Positions 1 through 9,414 of a DNA stretch of 64,000 bases are shown here, piece after piece. The notes under the pieces are model-generated. The model made no database searches. It was not told where the DNA came from and was given only the letters and a program-made list of their open reading frames with translations. This DNA comes from Gammaproteobacteria bacterium (GTDB lineage: Bacteria; Pseudomonadota; Gammaproteobacteria; SZUA-140). The stretch is taken from contig WFNO01000066.1 in assembly GCA_015488555.1 (NCBI GenBank), forward strand, positions 1,842-65,841, in the 5' to 3' direction. Position numbers and translations under genes: made by a program. Every line of letters begins with the position of its first letter. Within the stretch, counting starts at the first letter, position 1.

Positions 1-759
1 CCCACCGCGGTAGCCAAGGCCCTACAGGAACTCGCATGCGACGTGCTGGACTTCGAGCAACACGCTGACTTCCTCAGCAACCGGGAATTCCGCTGCAGCC
101 TGCTCTGCCGTCCGGACAACACGCCTAGCGATCACATCCCCCCTGAACGCCTGGAGCAGCTCTGGCTCTCCTCCCTGGCCAAGCGCGTCTCCCTGCCCCG
201 GGAACGCTTCGGGGATACCATAGGCTTCCAGAACAACTACGGCGGCACCTTCGTCGACCCGCATCCCGCCTTCCAGCAGGCCATGTTCCGCATCGTGGAG
301 CAGTATCCCGCCGCCGTCCGCGCCGGCGAGTTGAAAGAGGAATTGCAGATCGATGACGCGGAATGGCCATTGCTTGCCGAAAAACTCCTGCGCGCCCGCG
401 CGGCACAAGTACTCAACATCACCGTGGATGTCCCGGCGGTAACCACCGCCATCGCCCTCAAACCCAAGGCCGATGCCCTGGCGCGCCATCTGGCATGCGA
501 GACCCACGAATTGCCCACCCCCTGGCACGAAAACGTGGGCGTGGACGGTTTCATTCGCCAACTCCTGCCCATGCTGGACGGCACGAGAACCCGCGAGGCA
601 CTACTCGACGCTATGCGCCGGCTGTTGGACGAGGGCCGCTATCGGGCGGAGGCGGGCATGGTGCCGCCCTTGGATCCGGCCGCGCGGGAAGGCTGGTTGC
701 GGGAAAACCTGGAGCGCAGCCTGAAATTCCTGCTGCGCAGCGGCCTGCTGTCCGCCTGA
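1..759 (+). CDS. Hypothetical protein, C-terminal part. The gene runs off the window's 5' end. It may correspond to the regulatory domain of a predicted methyltransferase family.
   Basis: The frame is open from nt 1 with no stop before 759. The ORF-track segment 43..759 is in the same frame. The family assignment is from weak recall only. Confidence 0.45.
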   Translation, partial: PTAVAKALQELACDVLDFEQHADFLSNREFRCSLLCRPDNTPSDHIPPERLEQLWLSSLAKRVSLPRERFGDTIGFQNNYGGTFVDPHPAFQQAMFRIVEQYPAAVRAGELKEELQIDDAEWPLLAEKLLRARAAQVLNITVDVPAVTTAIALKPKADALARHLACETHELPTPWHENVGVDGFIRQLLPMLDGTRTREALLDAMRRLLDEGRYRAEAGMVPPLDPAAREGWLRENLERSLKFLLRSGLLSA

Positions 760-779
760 ACCGGCATCACTGCCCAGCT

Positions 780-2123
780 TCACTGCTCGGCCAGTTTCTT
801 CTCCAGATAGTGGATGTTGGTACCGCCCGCACGAAAGGCGGCATCGTTGATGATGTCACGGTGCAGGGGCACGTTGACCTTGATGCCCTCGATGACCAGC
901 TCGTTGAGCGCGGTACGCATGCGCGCCAGGGCCGAGGCGCGGGTCTCCCCGTGGGCGATGATCTTGCCCACCAGGGAATCGTAGTAGGGCGGTACCGTAT
1001 AGCCGTTGTAGAGATGGGAATCCACCCGGATGCCGGGGCCGCCCGGTTGATGATATTGGATGACGGTGCCCGGCGAAGGCGTGAAAGTGACGGGATCCTC
1101 GGCATTGATGCGGCATTCGATGGCGTGGCCGCGGATCTCCAGGTCCTCCTGGCGGTAGGACAGCGGTTCTCCGGCAGCAATGCGAATCTGCTCCTTGACG
1201 ATGTCCACGCCGGTGATCATCTCGGTCACCGGATGCTCCACCTGCAGGCGGGTATTCATCTCGATGAAGTAGAATTCGCCGTCCTGATACAAAAACTCGA
1301 AAGTGCCGGCGCCCAGATAGCCCATCTCGCGGCAGGCCCGGGCGCACAGCTCGCCGATGTGGCGGCGCTGCTCCTCGCTGATGCCCGGAGCGGGCGCCTC
1401 CTCGATCACTTTCTGATGGCGCCGCTGCATGGAGCAATCCCGTTCGAAGAGATGGATGGCATTGCCGTGCCGGTCCGCCAGCACTTGCACCTCGATGTGC
1501 CGGGGGTTCTCCAGGAACTTTTCCATGTACACGGTGCCGTCACCGAAGGCGCTTTCCGCCTCGGCGCGGGTCATGGCCACGGCATTGCCCAGGGCGGCAT
1601 CGCTGTACACCACCCGCATGCCGCGCCCGCCGCCGCCGCCGGCAGCCTTGATGATGACGGGAAAGCCGATCTCCCGGGCCAGGGCCAGGTTCTTGCCGGG
1701 GTCGTCGCTCAGAGGACCATCGGAGCCGGGGATGGTGGGAATGCCATAGCGCTTCATGGTCTCGATGGCGGAGATCTTGTCCCCCATGAGGCGGATAGTC
1801 TCGGGGCGGGGGCCGATGAACACGAACCCACTCTGCTCCACCCGATCGGCGAAATCAGCGTTCTCCGCCAGGAAACCATAGCCGGGGTGAATGGCCACCG
1901 CATCCGTCACCTCCGCGGCACTGATGATGGCCGGGATGTTGAGATAACTCTCGGCGGAAGGCGGCGGGCCGATGCATACCGATTCGTCGGCGAGGCGCAC
2001 GTGGATCAGATCCCGGTCGGCGGAGGAATGTACGGCGATGGTCTTGATCCCCATCTCACTGCAACAGCGCAGGATGCGCAGGCCGATTTCACCACGATTG
2101 GCAATGACGATCTTCTCGAACAT
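780..2123 (-). CDS. accC: Acetyl-CoA carboxylase biotin carboxylase subunit
   Basis: 447-aa ORF beginning [17 protein letters not shown], with ATP-grasp motifs. It lies immediately downstream of accB. Confidence 0.95.
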   Translation of the reverse strand: MFEKIVIANRGEIGLRILRCCSEMGIKTIAVHSSADRDLIHVRLADESVCIGPPPSAESYLNIPAIISAAEVTDAVAIHPGYGFLAENADFADRVEQSGFVFIGPRPETIRLMGDKISAIETMKRYGIPTIPGSDGPLSDDPGKNLALAREIGFPVIIKAAGGGGGRGMRVVYSDAALGNAVAMTRAEAESAFGDGTVYMEKFLENPRHIEVQVLADRHGNAIHLFERDCSMQRRHQKVIEEAPAPGISEEQRRHIGELCARACREMGYLGAGTFEFLYQDGEFYFIEMNTRLQVEHPVTEMITGVDIVKEQIRIAAGEPLSYRQEDLEIRGHAIECRINAEDPVTFTPSPGTVIQYHQPGGPGIRVDSHLYNGYTVPPYYDSLVGKIIAHGETRASALARMRTALNELVIEGIKVNVPLHRDIINDAAFRAGGTNIHYLEKKLAEQ

Positions 2124-2149
2124 GGAAGAGCCCTATGCGATGACGAGCC

Positions 2150-2614
2150 TTACTCGATGATGAACAGAGGCTGGCCGTATTCCACCGGCTGGCCGTTCTC
2201 CACCAGGATCGCTGCCACCACGCCTTCCTTGTCAGACTCGATCTGGTTGAGCATCTTCATGGCCTCGATGATGCACAAGGTATCCCCCACCTTCACGTGC
2301 TGGCCCACTTCGACGAAGGGCTGGGCACCGGGCGCCGGCGCCCGATAGAAACTTCCCACCATGGGAGAGGTGATGACGTGACCTTTGGGCGGTTCCGCCT
2401 CCTCTTTCGTTCCCACCTCCTCCGCTTCCGGTTTGGCTTCCACTTCGGCCGGAACCGGCGCCGCCGGCGGCGGTGTCGCGATCACGGTCTGGGCCTGCGC
2501 CTGCGACGCATAGCGGCTGATGCGTACCGACTCCTCACCTTCATGGACCTCGATCTCCGCCAGATCCGACTCTTCCAGCAACTCGATGAGTTTCTTTATT
2601 TTTCGGATATCCAT
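2150..2614 (-). CDS. accB: Biotin carboxyl carrier protein of acetyl-CoA carboxylase
   Basis: 154-aa ORF with an Ala/Pro-rich linker and the C-terminal biotinyl motif EAMKM. Confidence 0.95.
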   Translation of the reverse strand: MDIRKIKKLIELLEESDLAEIEVHEGEESVRISRYASQAQAQTVIATPPPAAPVPAEVEAKPEAEEVGTKEEAEPPKGHVITSPMVGSFYRAPAPGAQPFVEVGQHVKVGDTLCIIEAMKMLNQIESDKEGVVAAILVENGQPVEYGQPLFIIE

Positions 2615-2686
2615 CTTGGTTCAGCTATTTCTGATTCTTCTCGTGACCGCGCTCCCCGCGAGCTTCCTCCAGCACATTCGGGTGAC

Positions 2687-3136
2687 TCACGCCCCCTCCC
2701 CGGCCAGACGCCGAATGGCCGCCTGCAGTGCCAGTTCGTACCCCTGGGCCCCCAAGCCGCAGATCACCCCCACCGCCAGGTCGGAGAAATACGACTGCCT
2801 GCGAAAGGGCTCGCGGGCATGGACGTTGGACAAATGGACCTCGATGAAGGGGATGGCGACCGCTGCCAGGGCATCGCGCATGGCGATACTGGTGTGGGTG
2901 AAAGCGGCAGGATTGAGGATGATGAAGGCGACGCCCTCCCGCCCGGCGGCCTGGATGCGTTCCACCAGTTCGTGTTCCGCGTTGCTCTGGAAGTCCAGCA
3001 CCTCGTGACCGGCGGCCGCCCCCAGCCGGCGCAGCTCCGCGGTGATGGCCCCCAAATCCCGCCGACCGTAGTGCTCGGGCTCACGCTGGCCCAACAGGTT
3101 GAGATTGGGCCCATTGATCACCAGGATTTTGGCCAC
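2687..3136 (-). CDS. aroQ: Type II 3-dehydroquinate dehydratase
   Basis: 149-aa ORF beginning (M)[22 protein letters not shown] start. The conserved aroQ-accB-accC order is present. Confidence 0.9.
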   Translation of the reverse strand: MAKILVINGPNLNLLGQREPEHYGRRDLGAITAELRRLGAAAGHEVLDFQSNAEHELVERIQAAGREGVAFIILNPAAFTHTSIAMRDALAAVAIPFIEVHLSNVHAREPFRRQSYFSDLAVGVICGLGAQGYELALQAAIRRLAGEGA

Positions 3137-3440
3137 CCCGCCTTTCGTCTCCCCGATTTTCTTCTCGTTTTCTCCGGTTTCCTACCGCTTGCACTCGGTT
3201 TACCTGGAATGAGTGTTCGATGAACGGCTTGCCCGGGATTCTGTACAACGCGTGTCAATTTAACACCCCTCCCGGAAGCATGTCCAGTTATGCGGAATTC
3301 AGGGCCTGTTCGGCGCAGTTCGTGGCGTGTTGATCACCCTATGGCATTCCAGCAGCGCGCCGGCCAAGGCGTACGTCCGTTGGGGAAGGCACTGGAAGGG
3401 TTCGGAAAGGCCAGGCGGGAGAGAATCGAAATGAGAATGA

Positions 3441-4013
3441 TTAGCGTTTGTCACCGACCCCTTCGAGGAGTTGGCGAAGCTGGGATTTCTTGATCTCGCC
3501 GTACTGGAGGTGGGCGATACGGCCCGCACGGTCCACCAGCACGGTATAGGGCAGCACGCCCAGGCTGTTGCCGTAGGCCTGGGCGATCTCGATGGCGTCG
3601 TCCTCGCCGATGAGGATGGGATAATTGATGGTCACGCCCAGTTCCTGCAGGAACTCTTCCACCGCCGGGCGCCGGTCCACCGCCACGCCGATGAACTGTA
3701 CGCCGCGATCCGCGTATTCTTGCTGCAGCTCCACGAAGACAGGCATCTCTCGCCGACAAGGCAAGCACCAGGAGGCCCAGAAATTGAGCACCAGGATGCG
3801 ACCGTCCCATTCGGAGATCTCGCGCGGAAAACCGTCCAGGTCAGGCAGTGAAAAGTCCGGGCGTGGTTTGCCCACCAGGGCCGCAGTGACATGGTCGGCG
3901 GCCTCGCCGGTGCGCTGTTGCAGGAGCTGCTGGTAGAAATAATTGAACAATAGAGCACCGCCGCCCACGACCAGCAGCACCAAGAGTATGCCGGACGGTG
4001 GCAGGCGAGCCAT
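3441..4013 (-). CDS. TlpA/DsbE-family thioredoxin-like thiol:disulfide oxidoreductase
   Basis: Internal Met (M70 of the 3441..4220 ORF) gives a 190-aa protein with a signal anchor and a WCLPC motif. The ATG overlaps the dsbD stop (TGATG). Confidence 0.8.
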   Translation of the reverse strand: MARLPPSGILLVLLVVGGGALLFNYFYQQLLQQRTGEAADHVTAALVGKPRPDFSLPDLDGFPREISEWDGRILVLNFWASWCLPCRREMPVFVELQQEYADRGVQFIGVAVDRRPAVEEFLQELGVTINYPILIGEDDAIEIAQAYGNSLGVLPYTVLVDRAGRIAHLQYGEIKKSQLRQLLEGVGDKR

Positions 4014-6031
4014 CAGCTCAGTCCCGTCTCCATCCGAGCCCGCAACTTCCGCACATGACGCCCGAAATCCTCGGGCCCCAGAAAGCCGATGAGCCGGAAT
4101 TCCTTCATCTCTCGTCCATTGCGGTCGAAAAACAACACCGCCGGCGGCCCGAATAGACCAAAACGGCGCAGCAGCGCCCGATCCTGGGCATCGTTGTCCG
4201 TCACGTCGACCTGTAACCATACCACATCGGCGAGGATGCGGCGCACTTCGGGGTCACTGAAGGTCTTGCGCTCCAGGCGCTTGCAGTCGATGCACCAGTC
4301 GGCATAGAAATCCACCATCACCGGCCGCCCCTGCGAGGCGGCCGCGGCGATCTCCCGGTCGAGGCCCTGCGGGCCTTTGACCGGTCGGAACGAGGCCGTT
4401 TCACCAGCCCCTATTCCATCGGCCCACCCGGCGGACCACGTCTGGTTCGAATTCCCGTTCACGCCTGCTGGTCCTTGTATGCGCGGCAAGCCCTCGCCCC
4501 ACAGGCCCTGCAGGGGGCGCAGGGGATCCACGCCACCGGCTGCGGCCCCCACCAGCAGCACCACGCCATAGACGGCCATCACCACCCCACCGCCTTTCCA
4601 CAACCGGCGCCAGCCGGAGGCGCCCGCTTCCAGACGGTCGAAGACGCCCAGATAGACCGCCACCACGATGAGCAGCACCGCCCACAGCAACAAAGTCACC
4701 TGGGGCGGCAGGATGCGCTCCAGCAGCCAGATGGCCACCGCCAGCATCAGCACCCCGAAGACGTGGCGCACGGTCTCCATCCAGGGACCGGCCTTGGGCA
4801 ACCACCTGCCGGCCGAGGTACCGAAGAGCAGCAGGGGCAATCCCATGCCCAGACTGAGGACGAACAGGGACAGGCCGCCCACCCAGGCATCCCCGCTCAT
4901 ACCGATGTAGAGCAGGATCCCCGCCAGCGGCGCCGCCACGCAGGGACCGACGATGAGGGCGGAGAAAAAGCCCAGCATTGCGGCCCCAGCCCACCCACCG
5001 CCACCGAAGCGCTGGCTCGCCTCACTCAGGCGGGTCTGCAAGGCCACCGGCATCTGGATCCGGTAGAGCCCGAACATGGACAAGGCCAGGACCACGAACA
5101 GGGCGCTGAAGCCGGCCAGCACCCAAGGCTTCTGGAACCAGATCTGCAGATTGCTGCCGAACAGGGCCGCCAGCACCCCGGCAGCGGTATAGGTGAGCGC
5201 CATGGCCAGTACGTAACTGAGCGACAGCCAGAATGCGCGGCGGGTGTTCATCCCTTGCCGGCCGACGATGAGCCCGGAGAGGATGGGCACCATGGGGAAG
5301 ACGCAAGGGGTGAAGGCCAGCAGCAGACCGAGACCAAAGAAACCCAGCAGGTTCCACCACAGCCGGCCCTCGGCCAGGTCGCGGGCGATGCGGTCCTGCT
5401 CGCTCAAGAATCCCGTGCCGCCATCACCCGCAGCACCCGCGGTGGCGGCCGCGCCGGAGAGATCCGCCCGTTCGTCCGACCCGGCCGGCAACAGCAGCTC
5501 GCTGCGGGCCTTCATGGGCGGGTAACAATATCCTTTCTCGGCGCAGCCCTGGTAACCCACCTCCAGGATCACCCGCCGGGCCTGAACGGCGTCGCGAGCC
5601 AGGGGCAGGCGCACCTCCAGCTCGCCGTAATAGACTTCCATGCGCCCGAAGAACTCGTCCTCCTTGAACTTGCCGCGGGGAAATTGCGGCGTCCCCAGGG
5701 CCAGTTCGGTCTCGTTCCCTTCCCCGTCACCTGCGAACAGGCGGAACGTGAATCGCTCCCGATAGAGATAATAGCCGTCGGCCACGCTCCAGCTGGCCAC
5801 GATGGTGCGGGCATCGGCCGCCTCGGCGGAGAAGACGAAGGCCTGATCCGGGGGCAGGAATTCCTCCGCCTGACCGCCCAGGCCCAATATCCCCATCCCC
5901 CCGGTCCGGCCGCTCGAGCCGCCGCCCAGCAGTCCGCTGCCTCCATGGACGGGCAGGGCCAGGAACAAGCACAGCGCCAGGCATACTAGGGTGGCGCAGC
6001 GATCGCGTGCCTTGGTCTTATGCTCCGTCAT
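4013..6031 (-). CDS. dsbD: Thiol:disulfide interchange protein DsbD (protein-disulfide reductase)
   Basis: 672 aa with a signal peptide, a periplasmic N-domain, a multi-TM core and a C-terminal thioredoxin domain carrying WCIDCK. Confidence 0.9.
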   Translation of the reverse strand: MTEHKTKARDRCATLVCLALCLFLALPVHGGSGLLGGGSSGRTGGMGILGLGGQAEEFLPPDQAFVFSAEAADARTIVASWSVADGYYLYRERFTFRLFAGDGEGNETELALGTPQFPRGKFKEDEFFGRMEVYYGELEVRLPLARDAVQARRVILEVGYQGCAEKGYCYPPMKARSELLLPAGSDERADLSGAAATAGAAGDGGTGFLSEQDRIARDLAEGRLWWNLLGFFGLGLLLAFTPCVFPMVPILSGLIVGRQGMNTRRAFWLSLSYVLAMALTYTAAGVLAALFGSNLQIWFQKPWVLAGFSALFVVLALSMFGLYRIQMPVALQTRLSEASQRFGGGGWAGAAMLGFFSALIVGPCVAAPLAGILLYIGMSGDAWVGGLSLFVLSLGMGLPLLLFGTSAGRWLPKAGPWMETVRHVFGVLMLAVAIWLLERILPPQVTLLLWAVLLIVVAVYLGVFDRLEAGASGWRRLWKGGGVVMAVYGVVLLVGAAAGGVDPLRPLQGLWGEGLPRIQGPAGVNGNSNQTWSAGWADGIGAGETASFRPVKGPQGLDREIAAAASQGRPVMVDFYADWCIDCKRLERKTFSDPEVRRILADVVWLQVDVTDNDAQDRALLRRFGLFGPPAVLFFDRNGREMKEFRLIGFLGPEDFGRHVRKLRARMETGLS

Positions 6032-6159
6032 GTCAGCATGAAGATCGATGGAGGCCTCTTGGGCGCGGGGAAAACCGGAACAGGCCGGTTATAGCGCAAT
6101 CGGCCACCGCTCCTCCAGGACACAAGTCACATTCCGTGAATCGATTCGTCGCAGTCGCC

Positions 6160-6489
6160 TCAGACCGGCGGACGGGTCTCCGCGTCCATCCAGTCCAGAT
6201 AGGCCTTGAGTCCCGCCTCCAGGGACAAGGCGATGATCTCCGGCACCTCATAGGGATGCAGCTCGCGGATGCGCGCCTCCAGGGACGGATAACAGGCCTT
6301 GCGGGTCTTGATGAGCAGGAGGCACTCGCTGGCCATCTCGCGCCGCCCCTGCCAGTGAAAGATGGACGTCAGGCCCTTGACGATGTTGACGCAGGCCGCC
6401 AGGCGCTCGTCCACCAGTGCCTCGGCGATGCGTTCCGCCGAACCATCCTCGGGACAGGTGCACAGTACCAGGCAATGGCGCTCGCTCAT
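6160..6489 (-). CDS. cutA: Divalent-cation tolerance protein CutA
   Basis: Internal Met gives 109 aa beginning MSERHCLVLCTCPEDG...IVKGLTSIFHWQG. cutA upstream of dsbD as in E. coli. The longer ORF-track extension is low-complexity antisense of fxsA. Confidence 0.85.
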   Translation of the reverse strand: MSERHCLVLCTCPEDGSAERIAEALVDERLAACVNIVKGLTSIFHWQGRREMASECLLLIKTRKACYPSLEARIRELHPYEVPEIIALSLEAGLKAYLDWMDAETRPPV

Positions 6490-6588
6490 GGATGGGGCCC
6501 TCTCCAGCATTGATCCAGCATCGATCCGGACATCGATCCCGCATCTTACCATCTCTGCAAAGGTGCAAAAATGGTATAGTGGGAGATC

Positions 6589-7077
6589 ATGAATTTCTTC
6601 CGTCTCCTGCTGGTCCTGTTCCTCACCGTCCCCCTGGTGGAGATCTATCTCCTCATCAAGGTGGGGAACTTCATCGGTGCCCTGCCCACCGTCTTCCTGG
6701 TAGTGTTCACCGCCGTGGTGGGCGTGGTGCTGCTGCGCCTGCAGGGCTTCGCCACCATGCACCGCGTACAGGCCATGCTGGCCCGGGGCGAGATCCCCGC
6801 CGTGGAGATGCTGGAAGGCGTGGCCTTGCTCGTCAGCGGAGCCCTGCTCCTGACGCCGGGCTTCTTCACGGACACCATCGGCTTCCTGTTGTTGGTGCCT
6901 CCCCTGCGCCGGCGTCTCATCCTGTGGCTCATCGAACGCAGTTTCTTCGGCGGCATGCCGCCCGGTCCTCCTCCCGGTCCTCCTCCCGGTCCTCCTCCCG
7001 GAGCCCGTCCGGATTCCCGGGCCGGATCCCACGACCCGCGCACCATCGAGGGCGAGTTCTGGCGGGACCGGGACTGA
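6589..7077 (+). CDS. fxsA: FxsA-family cytoplasmic membrane protein
   Basis: 162 aa with two N-terminal TM helices and the FxsA core LLVPPLRRRL. SD GGGAGA lies upstream. The C-terminus holds PPGPPPGPPPGPPPG. Confidence 0.8.
   Translation: MNFFRLLLVLFLTVPLVEIYLLIKVGNFIGALPTVFLVVFTAVVGVVLLRLQGFATMHRVQAMLARGEIPAVEMLEGVALLVSGALLLTPGFFTDTIGFLLLVPPLRRRLILWLIERSFFGGMPPGPPPGPPPGPPPGARPDSRAGSHDPRTIEGEFWRDRD
6961..6999. repeat. 12-bp tandem repeat (cccggtcctcct, about 3.3 copies) encoding (PPGP)n in the FxsA tail
   Basis: Seen directly in the sequence. Approximate coordinates. Confidence 0.8.
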
Positions 7078-7164
7078 GGACAGGGAACGGAGGTCGGAGG
7101 ACAGAAAGGGAAGGCGCGATATTACAGCCTTTGAATTCCGCTCTCTGTCCTCCGTCTTCTGCCC

Positions 7165-9078
7165 TCAGTCCTCCGCCCTCCGAGCCCGTAGACCATTGGC
7201 CACCGCCAGCAGCTCGCTGGCCTCGTGCACCAGCACGGCGAAGGTCACCGAGATGAAGCCACCCACACCGGCGGGGATGAGCACCATGAGCACGGCGATG
7301 GAGAAGACGATGTTCTGCAGGCTCACCCGGCGCGCCTTGCGCCCCAGGCGCATGGCCTCCAGGAGCTTGGCCAGGTCGTCGGCCATGAGAGCGATGTCCG
7401 CCGCCTCGATGGCGGCATCGGTGCCCGCCGCGCCCATGGCCACGCCGCAGGTGGCGGCGGCCAGGGCCGGGGCGTCGTTGACGCCGTCGCCCACCATCAG
7501 GACCGGGCCCTCCCGGCCCAGGGCCTCCACGGCCGCGACCTTGTCTTCGGGCCTGAGGCCGGCGCGCACGTCGTCGATGCCCAGTTGCCGGGCGATGCGC
7601 CGCGCCGTGGCCTCGTTGTCTCCGGTGAGCATCACGGTACGAATCCCCAGCGCATGCAGGCCGGCGATCACCTGCGGGGCGTTCTCGCGCAGCACGTCCT
7701 GCAGGGCGAGGATCCCGATGATACGCTGCCGGTTACCCACCAGGACTACGGTCTTGGCCTCTTCCTGCCGGCGGCGGATGATCTCCGTCCAGGGCGAGAG
7801 GTCGAGTCCCAAGGACTCGAACAGATCGGGCTTGCCCAAGTACCAGACGGTGTCGCCCTCCCGGCCCTGGATGCCTGCGCCGGTCAGGGCCTGGACATCA
7901 CGCATGCCGCGAGGCGGGATGCCTTGTTCCTCGGCCCGTTGCCGGATGGCCCGGGCCAGGGGATGCTCCGAGTACTGCTCGAGCCCGGCGGCAATGGCCA
8001 GCAAGGCGGCTTCGTCGCCTTCGACGGCCGACACGTCGGTGACCCGCGGCCTGCCGTAGGTGAGCGTGCCGGTCTTGTCGAAGGCGATGGTGCGCACCTG
8101 GCCGAGGTGTTCCAGATGGGCGCCGCCCTTGATGAGGATGCCGCGACGCCCGGCGCCAGCGATGCCTGCGGACATGGCGATGGGCAGGGAGATGACCAGG
8201 GCGCAGGGGGCGGCGGCCACCAGCAGCACCACCGCCCGCTCGCTCCACCAGACGGTATCCAGGCCCAGCAGCCAGGGCAGGAGTAGCATGGCCAGGGCGG
8301 AGGCCAGCACCGCCGGGCTGTAGCGCCGTCCGAAACGTTCCATCCACAACTGGGCCCGGCCCTTCTGCTCCTGGGCCTCCTCCACCAGATGGATGATGCG
8401 CGCCAGGGTGTTGTCGGCGAAGCCCGCCGTGGCCTCCACGGTGAGCACGCCCTGGCCGTTGATGCTGGCTGCGAACACCTTGTCGCCCGGCCCCTTGTCC
8501 ACCGGCAGGGATTCGCCCGTCACCGGTGACTCGTCCAGGCTGGATTCGCCTTCGAGGATCACGCCGTCGGTGGGCACCGATTCGCCCGGGCGCACGACGA
8601 AACGATCTCCGGGCTGGATGGTGTCGGCGGGCACGGTGACGGTCTTGCCGCCGTCCACGAGCCGGTGCGCCGTCTTGGGCGCCAGATCCAACAAAGCGCG
8701 GATGGCGCGGCGTGTGCGGGCGAAGGTCAGCTCCTCCACGCCCTCGGCGAAGGCGTACAGCACCACCAGTGCCGCGGCCTCCTCCCACAAGCCGAGAATA
8801 CCGGCGCCGAGGGTGGCCGCCCCCATGAGGATCTCGATGCCGACGGCCCGTTCGCGGAACAGATCCTCGAGGCCTTCCCGCGCCCAGTACCAGGCCCCCA
8901 GCGGGATGGCCAACCAGTAGGCGGCCATCTCCAGAGATTCCGGAATCAGACCGGCACGCCCGCCCGCGTAGGCCCCCAGGGCCAGCAGGCCCGCCAACAA
9001 GGCGTTACGCAGGGGCGGAAAGCGCCACCAGGGCCCTGCAGCGGCCGTTTCGCCGGTGCTGCAGCCGTCCCGGGCCAT
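7165..9078 (-). CDS. Heavy-metal-translocating P1B-type ATPase. It has no N-terminal metal-binding domain and is probably a P1B-4-like Co/Zn/Cd exporter.
   Basis: 637 aa with DKTGTLT and GDGVNDAPAL. TM motif APC and a C-terminal TM containing HEASE. No CxxC/HMA domain. Confidence 0.88.
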   Translation of the reverse strand: MARDGCSTGETAAAGPWWRFPPLRNALLAGLLALGAYAGGRAGLIPESLEMAAYWLAIPLGAWYWAREGLEDLFRERAVGIEILMGAATLGAGILGLWEEAAALVVLYAFAEGVEELTFARTRRAIRALLDLAPKTAHRLVDGGKTVTVPADTIQPGDRFVVRPGESVPTDGVILEGESSLDESPVTGESLPVDKGPGDKVFAASINGQGVLTVEATAGFADNTLARIIHLVEEAQEQKGRAQLWMERFGRRYSPAVLASALAMLLLPWLLGLDTVWWSERAVVLLVAAAPCALVISLPIAMSAGIAGAGRRGILIKGGAHLEHLGQVRTIAFDKTGTLTYGRPRVTDVSAVEGDEAALLAIAAGLEQYSEHPLARAIRQRAEEQGIPPRGMRDVQALTGAGIQGREGDTVWYLGKPDLFESLGLDLSPWTEIIRRRQEEAKTVVLVGNRQRIIGILALQDVLRENAPQVIAGLHALGIRTVMLTGDNEATARRIARQLGIDDVRAGLRPEDKVAAVEALGREGPVLMVGDGVNDAPALAAATCGVAMGAAGTDAAIEAADIALMADDLAKLLEAMRLGRKARRVSLQNIVFSIAVLMVLIPAGVGGFISVTFAVLVHEASELLAVANGLRARRAED

Positions 9079-9081
9079 CTC

Positions 9082-9414
9082 TCAGCCCCGGGACGGCTCT
9101 TCCTCGTCGATGGGCAAGGCGGCAAGGAGGTCGCTCACGTAGATCCAGCCCGCCAGCGGCTGGCCCGTGCGCGCGTGCTCGCGGATGAGGCATATGGCTT
9201 CGTCCACCCGCTCGTCCGCGCACACCAGCTCCAGCTTGACCTCGGTGATGACCTTCTCTCCCACCTCCACCGAATAACCCTGTTCCTTGCTGTCCAGGGC
9301 CTTGAGCATGCCCTTGACGTCGATGATGGACAGGTTCTGATAGCCGGCGTCCTTCAGGGCGCGGATGACGTCGGCGATGCGGTTGCGATGCACGAAGGCC
9401 TTGATCTCCTTCAT
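9082..9414 (-). CDS. P-II (GlnB-like) family protein associated with the czc efflux genes
   Basis: About 110 aa from the internal ATG (MKEIKAFVHRNR...), which overlaps the czcA stop. The longer version uses a GTG at 9444. It has a GlnB-like beta-alpha-beta pattern. Confidence 0.65.
   Translation of the reverse strand: MKEIKAFVHRNRIADVIRALKDAGYQNLSIIDVKGMLKALDSKEQGYSVEVGEKVITEVKLELVCADERVDEAICLIREHARTGQPLAGWIYVSDLLAALPIDEEEPSRG

Noticed and set aside
4475-5989. Long antisense or alternative-frame ORFs (e.g. 4475..5989 +, 363..2348 +, 7225..8286 +, 10911..12704 +, 27187..29637 +, 34191..36041 +, 49028..52039 +)
   Set aside because: They lie entirely inside well-supported genes on the other strand or frame. 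The translations are low-complexity and Arg/Ala/Gly/Pro-rich, typical of high-GC open frames. No SD or family resemblance.
7085-7160. Inverted repeat GGAGGACAG...CTGTCCTCC between fxsA and the ATPase gene
   Set aside because: 9-bp stem but a ~40-nt loop and no flanking U-tract. Too weak to call a terminator.
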